Positions 19,333-30,196 of a stretch of 64,000 bases of DNA are shown piece after piece (position 1 is the first letter of the stretch; every line of letters begins with the position of its first letter). This DNA is from a bacterium. GTDB taxonomy: Bacteria > UBA8248. Location: positions 1,120,001 to 1,184,000 of the forward strand of contig CBDATS010000004.1 in the NCBI GenBank assembly GCA_965200245.1, in the 5' to 3' direction. A program made the position numbers and the translations under genes. Below the pieces are notes generated by a model. The model ran no database searches and was not told the origin of the DNA. It worked only from the letters and a program-made list of their open reading frames with translations.

Positions 19333-20073
19333 ATGAGTGAACCGATTATCCGAATCGAGGGCATGAACAAGTGGTTCGGGCAGTTCCACGTCCTGCGCGA
19401 CATCGATCTGACCGTCAACCGGGGAGAGCGCATCGTCATCTGCGGGCCTTCGGGATCAGGCAAATCGACGCTCATCCGCTGCATCAACCGCCTGGAAGAG
19501 CACCAGAAAGGCACGATCATCGTGGAGGGCATCGAACTCACCGGGGACCTCAAGCAAATCGACAACGTGCGCCGTGAAGTCGGCATGGTGTTCCAGCAGT
19601 TCAACCTTTTCCCGCACCTGACAGTGCTCGAGAACTGCACGCTCGCGCCCATCTGGGTACGCAAGACGCCGCGCGCCGAGGCCGAAAAGCTCGCCATGGA
19701 ATATCTGACCCGCGTCAAGATTCCCGAGCAGGCCATGAAATACCCCGGCCAGCTATCGGGCGGGCAGCAGCAGCGCGTCGCGATTGCGCGTTCTTTGTGC
19801 ATGCGGCCCAAGATTATGCTGTTCGATGAACCGACCTCGGCGCTCGACCCCGAGATGATAAAGGAAGTGCTCGATGTCATGGTCGAACTCGCCGAGACAG
19901 AGATGACGATGCTCGTCGTGACGCATGAGATGGGCTTCGCGCGCCAGGTCGCCCACTGCGTCATCTTCATGGACGAGGGCCAAATCGTCGAGCGGAACGA
20001 ACCCGAAGAATTCTTCAACAATCCCCAGTCCGACCGCACGAAACTCTTCCTGAGCCAGATACTTTCGCATTAG
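19333..20073 (+). CDS. aapP: General L-amino acid ABC transporter ATP-binding protein
   Basis: [35 protein letters not shown]. Confidence 0.94.
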   Translation: MSEPIIRIEGMNKWFGQFHVLRDIDLTVNRGERIVICGPSGSGKSTLIRCINRLEEHQKGTIIVEGIELTGDLKQIDNVRREVGMVFQQFNLFPHLTVLENCTLAPIWVRKTPRAEAEKLAMEYLTRVKIPEQAMKYPGQLSGGQQQRVAIARSLCMRPKIMLFDEPTSALDPEMIKEVLDVMVELAETEMTMLVVTHEMGFARQVAHCVIFMDEGQIVERNEPEEFFNNPQSDRTKLFLSQILSH

Positions 20074-20230
20074 AGGGGTGGAGCAGCGGGCACCCTGCAT
20101 CCATGTTCAGTGCATCGGAAGCACATGTATCCGTCATTCTCAATAAATCAGAAGTCATGCGAATCGCGCCTCGCTTTTTTCCCGGGGAATCGCTCCGGAA
20201 AAATCGTCAAGCCAGACAAGGAGGCAGAAA

Positions 20231-20380
20231 ATGGAATCGTTGCCGCTTAACGAAATCCTGACCGTTTTCCTGACCATGATTGTTGCAGTACCAGTGGCGC
20301 CCCGGGCAAAATCTACGCAGGATCAGGTAAAATCAGGGGAATTGCATATCAGGGATGACGGGCGACCCGATCATCGGTGA
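20231..20380 (+). CDS. Putative 49-aa small protein with hydrophobic N-terminus (or a gene remnant); below the track length cutoff
   Basis: AAGGAGG at 20218-20224, then MESLPLNEILTVFLTMIVAVPVAPRAKSTQDQVKSGELHIRDDGRPDHR*. Confidence 0.35.
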   Translation: MESLPLNEILTVFLTMIVAVPVAPRAKSTQDQVKSGELHIRDDGRPDHR

Positions 20381-20869
20381 AGCTTGAGCGAAAGCAAAAG
20401 AGACCAATCGTGACCCGGCGCTTTCTCTGCCGCATCGCCCGCAGGAGGCAGTCTCAAGTCCTGCGTCCCTGTACTGATATCCCGTCGAATTCAATACGGG
20501 AACAAGCCACCGGCACCATCGGGAAAATCGCGGGATTCCAGCCTGAAGCGCATATGATTGAACCCGGGGGAGACGACTGGGAGGCCGCTTCCGGGCAATC
20601 CCCCGGGAGAGATCCGGCTGATTCCGGCCTCTTGAGGGGACCCTGCGCAAGATAGCGGTCCGGGCGCACCTGCGACACAGCTGGATATGGCATCTGTTCA
20701 GGTCGGATGCCCTCATCCATGGTCCTGTTCAGGGAGTCATCTCCCTTTTCCCCGCACGCAGGCTCCCCTCCATTCCCTGTCCGATCCGTTGCTGCCCTTG
20801 TCCTGCAGCGGAAAAAGCTGCACATAACTCATCATTATCAATGTTAGACATGCGGCTTCCTCAGGGAAC

Positions 20870-23800
20870 ATGGTTACCACCTGTCCAGGGAGAGAATTGC
20901 GACATGCTCGGAATCCGGAATTTCTTCGGCGGTTTCAACTTGACAAGTCGGAAATGTACCCGACACGATCGCATCGCCGGATGCGTACCATGAGAGCGGT
21001 GACAGGATGGTGGGGCTGCCTGGGCGGTCAGGTTTCTGCGTCCGAACCCTGCCTTTCCCTTCCCGCCGGCCGACGCTCCGCATCCCGCGGCCGCGCGTCA
21101 TCCTTCAGGGGTTTCGGACCCTGCGTCCTTGTTGGTCTGCTGCTGGCCGTTCTCCTCGCCAACCCCGCCGCCCTTGCAAACAACGAATGCGGCGACCCGC
21201 CCACCAGCGGTGGCGAGATCATATGCGACGGAGACGATCAGACCAATGCTGGGAGCGGCATCAAGTACTCGTTCCCCAGCACCGACACCGACGACTACAC
21301 CATCAAGATACAGGCAAATTCAGGCGGCACCATCAAGACCGGATCCGGCGCGAGTGCAGGCTCCGGGGCCGACGGCATCTACGTTGAAAAGCTCGGCACC
21401 GGACCCTCCAGCATCACCCTGTCGGGCGGCAGCATCCATACGAAAGGAAACGATGCCCTAGGCATCCATTCAAAAACCTCAGGCAACACCGCATCCATCG
21501 TCATGTCGGGCGGCAGCATCGATACGGAAGGGGAACGGGCCCACGGTATCCAGGCATTTCCCCACCATTCCGGCCCAACAAACACTGGCAACATCAATAT
21601 CGGCCTGAAGATCGGCAGCGTTGGCACCGGAGATTGCATGAGCAGCACCGGTTCTGGCTGCGACATCCATACAATAGGATCGTACGCCAGAGGCATCTTT
21701 GGCGACGCTGAGGTCGAACAGAAAGGCCCAAACTATTACCATCCGAGCGGCACCGTCGACATCTCCATGTCCGGCGGCGACATCCTGACGGAAGGGAGAG
21801 GCGCCCACGGCATCCATGGCCGGCACGAAGGTACCGGCAAGCTCACCGTCAACATGACCGGCGGCACCATCACGACAACCGGAAACAGCGCCTACGGCAT
21901 CTACGTACAGCGCACATGGACCGGCGACCTCGACCCCGTTGTGGTCGAGAACAGCACTATCTCCGCGGCCGGTGCGGAAGCGATCCGGCTCAACGCCGTC
22001 CCCGCCAAGATTCTGAGGCTCCGGAACAGCACGATCGAACGCGGCAACGCCGGAGACGCGATCTGGTTCAGCGGCAACACCGACGACACCCTGACGGTCC
22101 TGGGACATGAGGACGCCGGCATGACGGCCACGACCACGATCGGGGGCGATGTGGCCTTCGGCGGCGGAACCGACAGGCTCGTCTTCAACGCCTGCCTGCA
22201 GGCCGATGTCGACGACACGGGCGATACCGACTGCACGGCTGCCTATGGCGAGCTGAAGATAAGCCATACCGGCATGCTCATCGGTCTCGAGAATATCTCC
22301 AAGATCGGCTCGGGCACCGTCCGGCTGGGCGACCTGACAAGCCGGGGCAGCACGATGGCGCTGGAGGACGGTGACCTGCGCCTCACCGGCCATCTCGATC
22401 TGGGCGCCTCCGGGACGCTCACCATCCACGACGCGTCGCGGCTGATCTTCGGGGCCACGTACGACGATCAGGGCCAGCGTACTCACGGCAAGATTACCGC
22501 CGAGAAGGTGAAGTTCGACGATCCGGACTGGCAACGGCTGTTCATGGAGGATGGCGCGCTGGCGGCGGGCGATGGTATGCTCCTGGATGCGGGGAAATTC
22601 TACAAGGCCAACGGCATCACCAAGGTCGTTCCGGGGCTTTACGACCTGAACGACGCGATGCTGACGACGGTTTCGGTTGACGGTATCGTGCAGGCAGTGG
22701 ACGGTAACGAATGCGGCGACCCGGTATCGGGGACCGTTACCTGCAACGAGTTCACCTACATCTACCAGACCGACGATGCCGTCTCCCCCGCCGACCCCGG
22801 CATCGAGTACGAGTTCTCAGATACCAACGACTACATCATCAAGCTCCAAGACGGTCTTGGCGTCGACACGACAGAAGAGGATGACAGCGGCCTTTTTGGA
22901 ATGCACCGCAGCGGCGGTGACTTCACCATCGCCATGTCGGTCGTCAGTGGCAGCGACCCCGACATCCATACCGAAGGAGACAACGCCCACGGCATCCATG
23001 GGATGCACTCCGGCACCGGCGACATTGAAATCAATATGAAGGACGGCCGCATCCGCACCACAGGACGAGACGCCTACGGCATCTACGGAAGACGCGCGGC
23101 CAATGCCGGCTGCAATACCGACCCCGAAGACTACAACTGCGATATCACCATCAGGATGTCCGGCGGCACCATCGATATCAGCAGTGGTCACGGCATCGCC
23201 GGCACACACCGCAGCGGCGGTGACTTCACCATCGCCATGTCGGTCGTCAGTGGCAGCGACCCCGACATCCATACCGAAGGAGACAACGCCCACGGCATCC
23301 ATGGGATGCACTCCGGCACCGGCGACATTGAAATCAATATGAAGGACGGCCGCATCCGCACCACAGGACGAGACGCCTACGGCATCTACGGAAGACGCGC
23401 GGCCAATGCCGGCTGCAATACCGACCCCGAAGACTACAACTGCGATATCACCATCAGGATGTCCGGCGGCACCATCGATATCAGCAGTGGTCACGGCATC
23501 GCCGGCACACACCGCAGCGGCGGTGACTTCATGGTCATGGTGAGCGGCGCGACCATCTCGTCCGCTCAGGGAAACGCAATCAATCTCAATACCGAAGGCA
23601 CGGCGACTGTAGAGATCGGAGCCGGCACCACGGAGATCAGGGGCAACATCGCTGGGGCTGACAAGCTCATATTTAACCCGCTCATGGCCACGGACGAACT
23701 GACCTTCGTCCATACTGGCATGATCACGGGAGCCCCGCCCATTTCCAAGATTGGCTCGGGCACAGCTCGGCTGACCGATCTGGGCGCGGCGGGTGCGATG

Positions 23801-24681
23801 ATGTCGCTGGAGGACGGCGACCTGCGCCTGACGGAGGCCGTCCTGGAGGGGTATCCGGTGCGCAGGGGAAGCGGTCCGGACGGGCGTTCGGTGAGGTTCG
23901 GGCTCCGCGGGGGTTCCGGAACCCGCGCCGTCTCCCTCGACATGGACCTGCGTCTCGGGGCGTCGGTGGCCCCCCTCGCCGAGGCGTTCTCGGATTCCCG
24001 GGACGAATCGGCCGAGGTCGAGCTCACGGGCGAGGTCTACGCGGCCGGTCTGGGCTGGCGGGGAGACGCGTTTTTCTCCGACGTGGCGCTCGCCCACGGC
24101 CGCTCGCGCGTATCATCACGGACGCTGGAGGCCACTGGCCTGTTCAGGGGCTCGTTCGACGTGAAGCAGACCCATGCCGAAGCGAGGACAGGTCGGCTGT
24201 TCCCCGCCGGAGGCATGCGCATCACCCCGTCGGTGTCGGTGTTCGCCGGTTCCCTGGACCACGGGGGCCACACGGCGGAGGGCGCGGTGATGAGGGCCGA
24301 GATCCCGGGCTACTCGCAGGACTACCGGGGATGTCGGGCCGGGGTGGAGGTCGCGACGGCGGAGTGGCTGGAACTCTCCCCGCGCTGCGCTGGCGGCCCG
24401 ACCTGCAACTGGATCTGGCACACACCACGACGGACGGACCGGAGACGCTGACGGTGCGCAAGGCGGACCATGCCGGGGTCATAAGCTTCCCCGAGAAAAA
24501 ACGGGTGATCGGCGTGCCCCGGGAGGCGTTCCGCCTCGGTCTGGGCGTCACGCTGAAAGGCAGTTCGGATGCCTGGAGCCTGCGCCTCGGTTACCGGGGA
24601 GAATGGACCGGCGGCGAGGACGAATGGGCCGGCCGTGAGGACGAACATTCCGTGCAGGCGGGCTTCTCGATACGGTTCTAG
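20870..24681 (+). CDS. Autotransporter/adhesin with beta-helical repeat passenger and C-terminal beta-barrel; frameshifted at C4 tract 24378-24381; true start probably downstream
   Basis: Signal-like VLVGLLLAVLLANPAALA; G/T/D-rich repeats (I.T.G..A.GI); barrel-like strands continue in ORF 24331-24681, ending in VQAGFSIRF with terminal Phe. Confidence 0.78.
22904..23531 (+). repeat. Exact in-frame tandem duplication, unit 303 bp (101 aa), two copies plus 22 bp
   Basis: CACCGCAGCGGCGGTGACTTCA recurs at 22904, 23207 and 23510; the two units read identical by eye. Confidence 0.93.
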
Positions 24682-24689
24682 AACCACTT

Positions 24690-24730
24690 CCCGACAGCCC
24701 GGCAGTCCCCGTGACTGCCGGGCTGTCGGG
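24690..24730 (+). terminator. Strong hairpin right after the autotransporter stop codon
   Basis: Perfect 18-bp stem CCCGACAGCCCGGCAGTC / GACTGCCGGGCTGTCGGG with 5-nt loop and no U-tract. Confidence 0.6.
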
Positions 24731-25043
24731 CGGGGCAGTGGATCCCGGTCGGGCCCGAGGCGAAGCACCGACCGGGAAACGTCTTTCGGGCAGCACGCAA
24801 CCCCTCCCCGTAACAGGTTAACCTGGATATATGTCTCCCAAAAATCAGCGAAGGAATCAGAGGTTCACCAAAGACAAGAGGAAGAACCGAACACAAGAAC
24901 TGCAATGTCAGGTTATTCTTCAGAAATGGAACGAATGACTCGGGGTATTTCAAACCTGAAAAGATTCAAAGGATTCTCAGTCCCAGCGACCCGGGCAAGA
25001 CGCAATACGCCCCTGATTTTTCCACCCGGCCCTGAGTCAGATC

Positions 25044-26729
25044 CTACGCCGGCGGTCCGTAGGCTCCTGGTGCCAAAGCTTCGATGTCGGTCACGACGTC
25101 GAGAATGACGGGGCCCTTGTTCATGCTGAATGCCTGATCGATCGCACTCCCCAACTCGCCCGGTTTTTCCACCCGCATGCTCTCGGCACCCATCGACCTT
25201 GCGATCTCGGTGAAGTTCGTGCGGTTGAAGTGCCAGAGTTCATACGCCTTGCCGCGCTGTGCACCGCCGTAGGCGTCGTCGAAAATCCTGGTTTCCTGGT
25301 TCTGGGAGCCGTTGTTGTTCACGAGAATGACGGCGTTGATCCCCCAGCGCACGGCAGTCTCGACTTCTGCGATGTGATACCAGAAGCCCGCATCACCCGT
25401 GAAGAGGATAACGGGCCGATCGGGCGCGCCGCACTTCGCGCCGAGCGCTGCGGGGAATCCCCAGCCCAGGTGGCCCGCCGCACGCATGAAACCGGTGTCA
25501 GGACTTTTCAGGTCCAGGTAGCCGCCCGTCCACATGCCCGAATGCCCGGTATCTGCGAGCACGATGGCGTCTGGGGGCAGATGCTCGCCCAGTGTCCTGC
25601 AGACACGCTCCGGCCGCATGGGCGAAGCGTCAGAATCGAGCAGCGGCGCGAATTCCGCCCGCCACGCCGCACATACGCTCTCGACGTACGAGAGCCACGC
25701 CCCGCGTTCAGGGGCTTCTTCCGCGGTTTCGGTGAGTTTCCCAAGCGCGATTTTCGCGTCCCCGATGATGGAGGCCCTGAGCGGGTAGTTGCGTCCAAGT
25801 TCTTCCGGGTCGATGTCGAGCTGAATCGCCGCGACACCGATTTTCGGCACGCGCCAGAAATGGGTGGTCATGCCGCCCGTCTGAGTGCCGATGAAAAACA
25901 CGAGGTCGGCTTCCGATACGAGTTCGTTCGCGCATCTTCTCGAATAGGTTCCCACCACGCCGACCGAGAGGGGATGATCACCCGGAATCGTTTCCTTGCC
26001 GTTCATGGAGGTGGCAACGGGGATTTGGAACTTCTCGGCAAAGGTCACGAGTTCGGCGTTCGCGCGCGAGGTCCGGACACCGCCGCCCGCGACGATGATG
26101 GGTCGTTCGGCCCCCTTGATGACCTCGATCGCGCGGGCAATACTCGCGGGTTCGGGTTCGGGCCGGAAGGCCGGGACCTGCCTGAAGTTTTCCTCCACGA
26201 TGAGTTCGAGATCGGCCATGTCCTGTTCCACCTGTCCCAGGTTCCCGCCGAAGCGCAGGTGTACGGGGCCGGGCGTGCCCGAGGTGGCGACACGGAACGC
26301 CTGCCTCAGCAAGTCCGGGAAGCGCTCCACTGTATCCACCATGGCGTTGAACTTCGTGACGGGATCGAACGCGCTGACGTCCTCCGTTTCCTGATAGGCG
26401 TTCCTGTAGCGAATCCCGGGCGTGGTGCCGCCCGTAAGCGCGATGATGGGCGCGCAGGCCAGGTGCGCGTCGCGAAGTCCCGCCGCCAGGTTCACGCCGC
26501 CGACTATCTGTGCCATGCAGACGCCGGGGCGGCCCGAGGCGCGCGCGTAGCCGTCCGCCATGTAGGCTGCGGCCTTTTCCCCGTGGGTGAGGATACGGGC
26601 GATGCCCGTGCCGCGTTCCTCCATCTGCGCGAGGGAGTGGCTCAGAATCGTCGGCACGAAGAAAATATGGGTGACACCGTACGCGTGAAGGGCGTCAGCC
26701 ATGAACTGCGCTCCGCTCATCCTGGGCAT
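25044..26729 (-). CDS. Thiamine diphosphate-dependent enzyme (acetolactate synthase-like fold)
   Basis: THGEKAAAYMADGYAR, FRVATSGTPGPVHL, ThDP motif GDAGF...NN. Confidence 0.9.
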   Translation of the reverse strand: MPRMSGAQFMADALHAYGVTHIFFVPTILSHSLAQMEERGTGIARILTHGEKAAAYMADGYARASGRPGVCMAQIVGGVNLAAGLRDAHLACAPIIALTGGTTPGIRYRNAYQETEDVSAFDPVTKFNAMVDTVERFPDLLRQAFRVATSGTPGPVHLRFGGNLGQVEQDMADLELIVEENFRQVPAFRPEPEPASIARAIEVIKGAERPIIVAGGGVRTSRANAELVTFAEKFQIPVATSMNGKETIPGDHPLSVGVVGTYSRRCANELVSEADLVFFIGTQTGGMTTHFWRVPKIGVAAIQLDIDPEELGRNYPLRASIIGDAKIALGKLTETAEEAPERGAWLSYVESVCAAWRAEFAPLLDSDASPMRPERVCRTLGEHLPPDAIVLADTGHSGMWTGGYLDLKSPDTGFMRAAGHLGWGFPAALGAKCGAPDRPVILFTGDAGFWYHIAEVETAVRWGINAVILVNNNGSQNQETRIFDDAYGGAQRGKAYELWHFNRTNFTEIARSMGAESMRVEKPGELGSAIDQAFSMNKGPVILDVVTDIEALAPGAYGPPA

Positions 26730-26763
26730 GTATTCTGTCCTCGAAAGTGTGGGTGAAAAACCG

Positions 26764-27558
26764 TCAAATCCCTGTCAGCACTTTCGCATCATCGACGTTC
26801 GCGATTTCGCGGCCCATTTCCCTTGCAATGCGCGCGATGCGTGCGACGTGATCGGCATTGTCGCCGAGTTCACCGGGGTAAAGGTAAGGCTCATCCTCGG
26901 TACCCACACGCACGTGGCCGCCGTGCATGACCGCCATCGTCTGCATGTGAATGTGCCTGGAGCCGGTAGCGCTTGTGATGTAGATCGAATCCGCGGGCAG
27001 ATTGGAGACGCGGTGCAGGAACTCGCTCAGGGAAGGCGGCGACCACGCGCCTCCCGGACGCCCGAAGAAACACGTCATCAGAATGGGCGGTTCCAGGAGC
27101 CCTTTCTGGAGCAGATCGTCGATCATCCAGGTCTCGCCCAAGGTGAAGACCTCGAATTCCGGCTTCACGTTATAGTTCCTGCAAAGCCGCATCATCTCGG
27201 CGAGTTCCTCGCGGGGGTGAAGCATCATCACGTCGCGCGCGATGAAGGCCATGTTGTGCGCCCCCACGGCGACGGACATCATCTCGGGGTAGTTCTTCAC
27301 CACTTCCTTTCGCTGCTCGACCGTCTGGGTCGAGATGCCATACTGGAGCATGATCCCGCATCTCTCCCTGATGGCCCTGGAGTGTGACGCCCAGGCCTCG
27401 TAGTTCGTGGGCGGTGCGTGGATGTGGGCGATGCACGCGCCCGCCTCGCAGGCCTTTTCCACAGAATCGGCGAGGACTTCGGAATCCGTGAAACGCGCGG
27501 GAACACCCTCGTGCATCGAGGTGTCCGCCGCGCAGTTGATGATCATCATCTTTTCCAT
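26764..27558 (-). CDS. Beta-keto acid cleavage enzyme (BKACE/Kce, DUF849), paralogue 2
   Basis: EAGACIAHIH, VKPEFEVF, GGHVRVGTED. Confidence 0.88.
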   Translation of the reverse strand: MEKMMIINCAADTSMHEGVPARFTDSEVLADSVEKACEAGACIAHIHAPPTNYEAWASHSRAIRERCGIMLQYGISTQTVEQRKEVVKNYPEMMSVAVGAHNMAFIARDVMMLHPREELAEMMRLCRNYNVKPEFEVFTLGETWMIDDLLQKGLLEPPILMTCFFGRPGGAWSPPSLSEFLHRVSNLPADSIYITSATGSRHIHMQTMAVMHGGHVRVGTEDEPYLYPGELGDNADHVARIARIAREMGREIANVDDAKVLTGI

Positions 27559-27588
27559 GAACCGCTCCTTTATGATGCCGGAAATCCA

Positions 27589-28392
27589 TCAGGCCATGCC
27601 GAGTATCTTCTTCGTCTCATCGACCGTGGCCGGGTCGCGGCCGAGTTCGTGACCGATTCGCGCGATGCGTGCGACGAGCTGCGCGTTGTTCTCGCACAGC
27701 ACGCCCTCGGTGTAGTAGGGCTCATCCTCGGTTCCCACGCGCACGTGGCCCCCCTCGATGATGGTGACGGTCTCGAGCGCGTTCGAGGTGGGCCCTGCGC
27801 AACTGCACGAGAACACACACCCTTCAGGCAGGTGGTCGATGCGGTGGAGAAGTTCCCTGAGCGTCGCGGGGGCGTAGAAGCCACCCGGCCAGCCGAAGAA
27901 GATGGTGATGACGACGGGGTTTTCCACCAGTCCCTTGTCGAGCAGCCACTCCAGATTCCACAGGTGGCCCAGGTTAAAGCACTCGAACTCGGGCTTCACG
28001 CCGTAATCGTTGAAAAGGCGTACCTGATCCTCTATCTCCTGGCGGGAGTGTTCCACCAGCAGATCGGCGTCGACGAAGGCGAAATCATGGGAGCCCAGGG
28101 CGATGGAAGCCATATCCGGCTTCAGGTGGATGATCTTTTTTCGCCCAGGGAGGCCCATTGCGGCGATCCCGAACTGGATCAGCACCTCGGGACAGGCCTC
28201 GCGTACCGACTCGGTGAGCGGTTCCCAGCTTTCGAGTTGCATGGGGATGCCATGGATGTGGGCGATGGCCGCACCCGCCTCGTGGCTTTCCCTGACCTCC
28301 CTGGCAACGGCTTCGGGCGTCTGCAACCGCTTGGGGACGCCCGCGTGCTTGCGGCTGTCCGCCGCGCAGTTGGTGATGATGAGTTTCTCCAT
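27589..28392 (-). CDS. Beta-keto acid cleavage enzyme (BKACE/Kce, DUF849), paralogue 1
   Basis: EAGAAIAHIH, KPDMAS, VKPEFECF, GGHVRVGTED, NAQLVAR...GRDPATVDE. Confidence 0.88.
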   Translation of the reverse strand: MEKLIITNCAADSRKHAGVPKRLQTPEAVAREVRESHEAGAAIAHIHGIPMQLESWEPLTESVREACPEVLIQFGIAAMGLPGRKKIIHLKPDMASIALGSHDFAFVDADLLVEHSRQEIEDQVRLFNDYGVKPEFECFNLGHLWNLEWLLDKGLVENPVVITIFFGWPGGFYAPATLRELLHRIDHLPEGCVFSCSCAGPTSNALETVTIIEGGHVRVGTEDEPYYTEGVLCENNAQLVARIARIGHELGRDPATVDETKKILGMA

Positions 28393-28428
28393 TCAGTACG
28401 CTCCTGAGAGAGAATGGGCCTCCCGTGT

Positions 28429-29202
28429 CTAGTCCAGGGAACCTTCCACGTAGAGGAGGTTTCGTATCTTCTGCGTGAGTTCGACGAACATCTCCTCTCC
28501 CATCGTGGAGAGCGAGCGCGGCCGCGGGATGTCAACGGTGATGATCTGCGAGATGCGGCCCGGTCTCGGCGTCATGACGATTACCCGATCGCCCAGGAAC
28601 ACGGCCTCGGGGATGGAGTGGGTAATGAAGAACACGGTTTTCCTGCTCTCCAGCCAGATTCTCTGGAGTTCGAGGTTCATCTGCTCGCGCGTCATGGCGT
28701 CGAGCGCGCCGAAGGGTTCATCCATCAGCAGGACGTTCGGATCGTGAATGAGCGCGCGGATGATGGCGTTTCGCTGGCGCATGCCACCTGAGAGTTCGTG
28801 GGGGTATTTGTCCTCGAAACCATCAAGACCCACCAAGCGGATGAGATCGTGCGCGCGCGGAAGGATTTTCTTCACGTCGAGACCCAGAATCTCGGCGGGC
28901 AGCATGGTGTTCTGGAGTACGTTTCGCCACAGAAGCAAAACCGGATCCTGAAACACGATGCCCACATCGTCCCGCGGGCCGTTGATGGGCGTGTTCTTGA
29001 GCGTGCAGTCGCCAGAGGTCCTGGAGAGCAGGCCGCCCAGGATTTTCAGAAGCGTGCTCTTGCCGCAGCCGCTCGGCCCGACGACGGAGATGAACTCGCC
29101 CTCGGCGATCTCGAAGTTGATGTCGGTGAGGGCATGCACGACCTCGCGGTTCGCGGTAATGTATTCCTTCTCCAGATTCGCTACCGAAATATATCCGTTC
29201 AT
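28429..29202 (-). CDS. NitT/TauT family ABC transporter ATP-binding protein
   Basis: GPSGCGKST, LSGGMRQR, DEPFGALDAMTR, THSIPEAVFL. Confidence 0.92.
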   Translation of the reverse strand: MNGYISVANLEKEYITANREVVHALTDINFEIAEGEFISVVGPSGCGKSTLLKILGGLLSRTSGDCTLKNTPINGPRDDVGIVFQDPVLLLWRNVLQNTMLPAEILGLDVKKILPRAHDLIRLVGLDGFEDKYPHELSGGMRQRNAIIRALIHDPNVLLMDEPFGALDAMTREQMNLELQRIWLESRKTVFFITHSIPEAVFLGDRVIVMTPRPGRISQIITVDIPRPRSLSTMGEEMFVELTQKIRNLLYVEGSLD

Positions 29203-29263
29203 CTTTTCCCGAAACTCCCGGCGAATCGAGTCGTCCGGGGCCGTTTCCTCAAGAATATCGCCT

Positions 29264-30184
29264 CTAGGCGCCCATCGTCTTGTCCGTCTCCGGTGCCCAG
29301 AAAAGCACTTTTTTCTTCACGAAACGCACGACCTGGTGCATCCCCAGCCCCATGACCGAGAGGATCACCAGGATGGCGAACGTGCCCGTCGTGTCGCTGC
29401 TGAAGCTCATCTGCATAAGCAGGATCCCCAGGCCGCACTGGCCCCGGCCACCCCACATACACTGGCCGGCGCCGACGAACTCGCCGAGTATCGCGCCAAG
29501 CAGGCTGAACACCACCGCTATCTCGAAGCCCGCGAAGATGAACGGCAGGGCGTTCGGGAATTGCATCTTCCAGAACATCTGCCAGCGCGAGGCGGAGAGC
29601 GAACGCATGAGGTCTATCTGGTCGGACGCCGCGGATTTCAGCCCCACCATCGTGTTCACCAGCAGGGGGAAGAACGCCACGAGACCCGCAAGGAAAATTT
29701 TCGACTTCACCTCGTAGCCGAACCAGATGATGAACAAAGGCGCTATGGCGAGCTTGGGCAGGGTCTGGAATGCCACCACGTAGGGCATGATGATCGCCTC
29801 GATCCATTTCGACTGCATGAATACGAGCCCGAGGCCAAGACCGATGAGGCTGCCCATGAAAAAGCCCATGACGGCCTCGAACAGCGTGTGGCTAATGTGG
29901 TTGTAGAAACTCGTCTTCATCAGGCCCATGAAGTCGGCGGCCCCCCCCACGTTTCCGCCCACGTCGTAAAAGAACAGCCCGCGCAGAAGTGCCGTGGCCA
30001 CGCCCGAGGGTGCCGGGAAGATGAAGTCGTCCACCTCGAAGTAGCGCACCGTCCATTCCCAGACGATCAGAAGCACCACGAAGGATATGCCGAACAGCAG
30101 ATACGGCCTCTGGAGCAGCGTCTCGGATAACGAGGGGCCGTCCACGTTCCTGGGGGTTTCTTTCTTCCGGCTGGTAGTCGCCAC
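29264..30184 (-). CDS. NitT/TauT family ABC transporter permease
   Basis: QTLPKLAIAPLFIIWFG, FFPLLVNT, PNALPFIFAG, GAILGEF. Confidence 0.9.
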   Translation of the reverse strand: MATTSRKKETPRNVDGPSLSETLLQRPYLLFGISFVVLLIVWEWTVRYFEVDDFIFPAPSGVATALLRGLFFYDVGGNVGGAADFMGLMKTSFYNHISHTLFEAVMGFFMGSLIGLGLGLVFMQSKWIEAIIMPYVVAFQTLPKLAIAPLFIIWFGYEVKSKIFLAGLVAFFPLLVNTMVGLKSAASDQIDLMRSLSASRWQMFWKMQFPNALPFIFAGFEIAVVFSLLGAILGEFVGAGQCMWGGRGQCGLGILLMQMSFSSDTTGTFAILVILSVMGLGMHQVVRFVKKKVLFWAPETDKTMGA

Positions 30185-30196
30185 TACAGGTGCCCC

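Noticed and set aside
20821-20839. Possible Fur box upstream of the autotransporter
   Set aside because: Only the ATCATTATC half matches (12/19 overall), which is too weak to call.
22904-23531. 303-bp repeat as a DGR template/variable pair or a CRISPR array
   Set aside because: The copies are contiguous, in frame and appear identical. There are no adenine-biased mismatches or spacers, and no reverse transcriptase or cas gene in the window.
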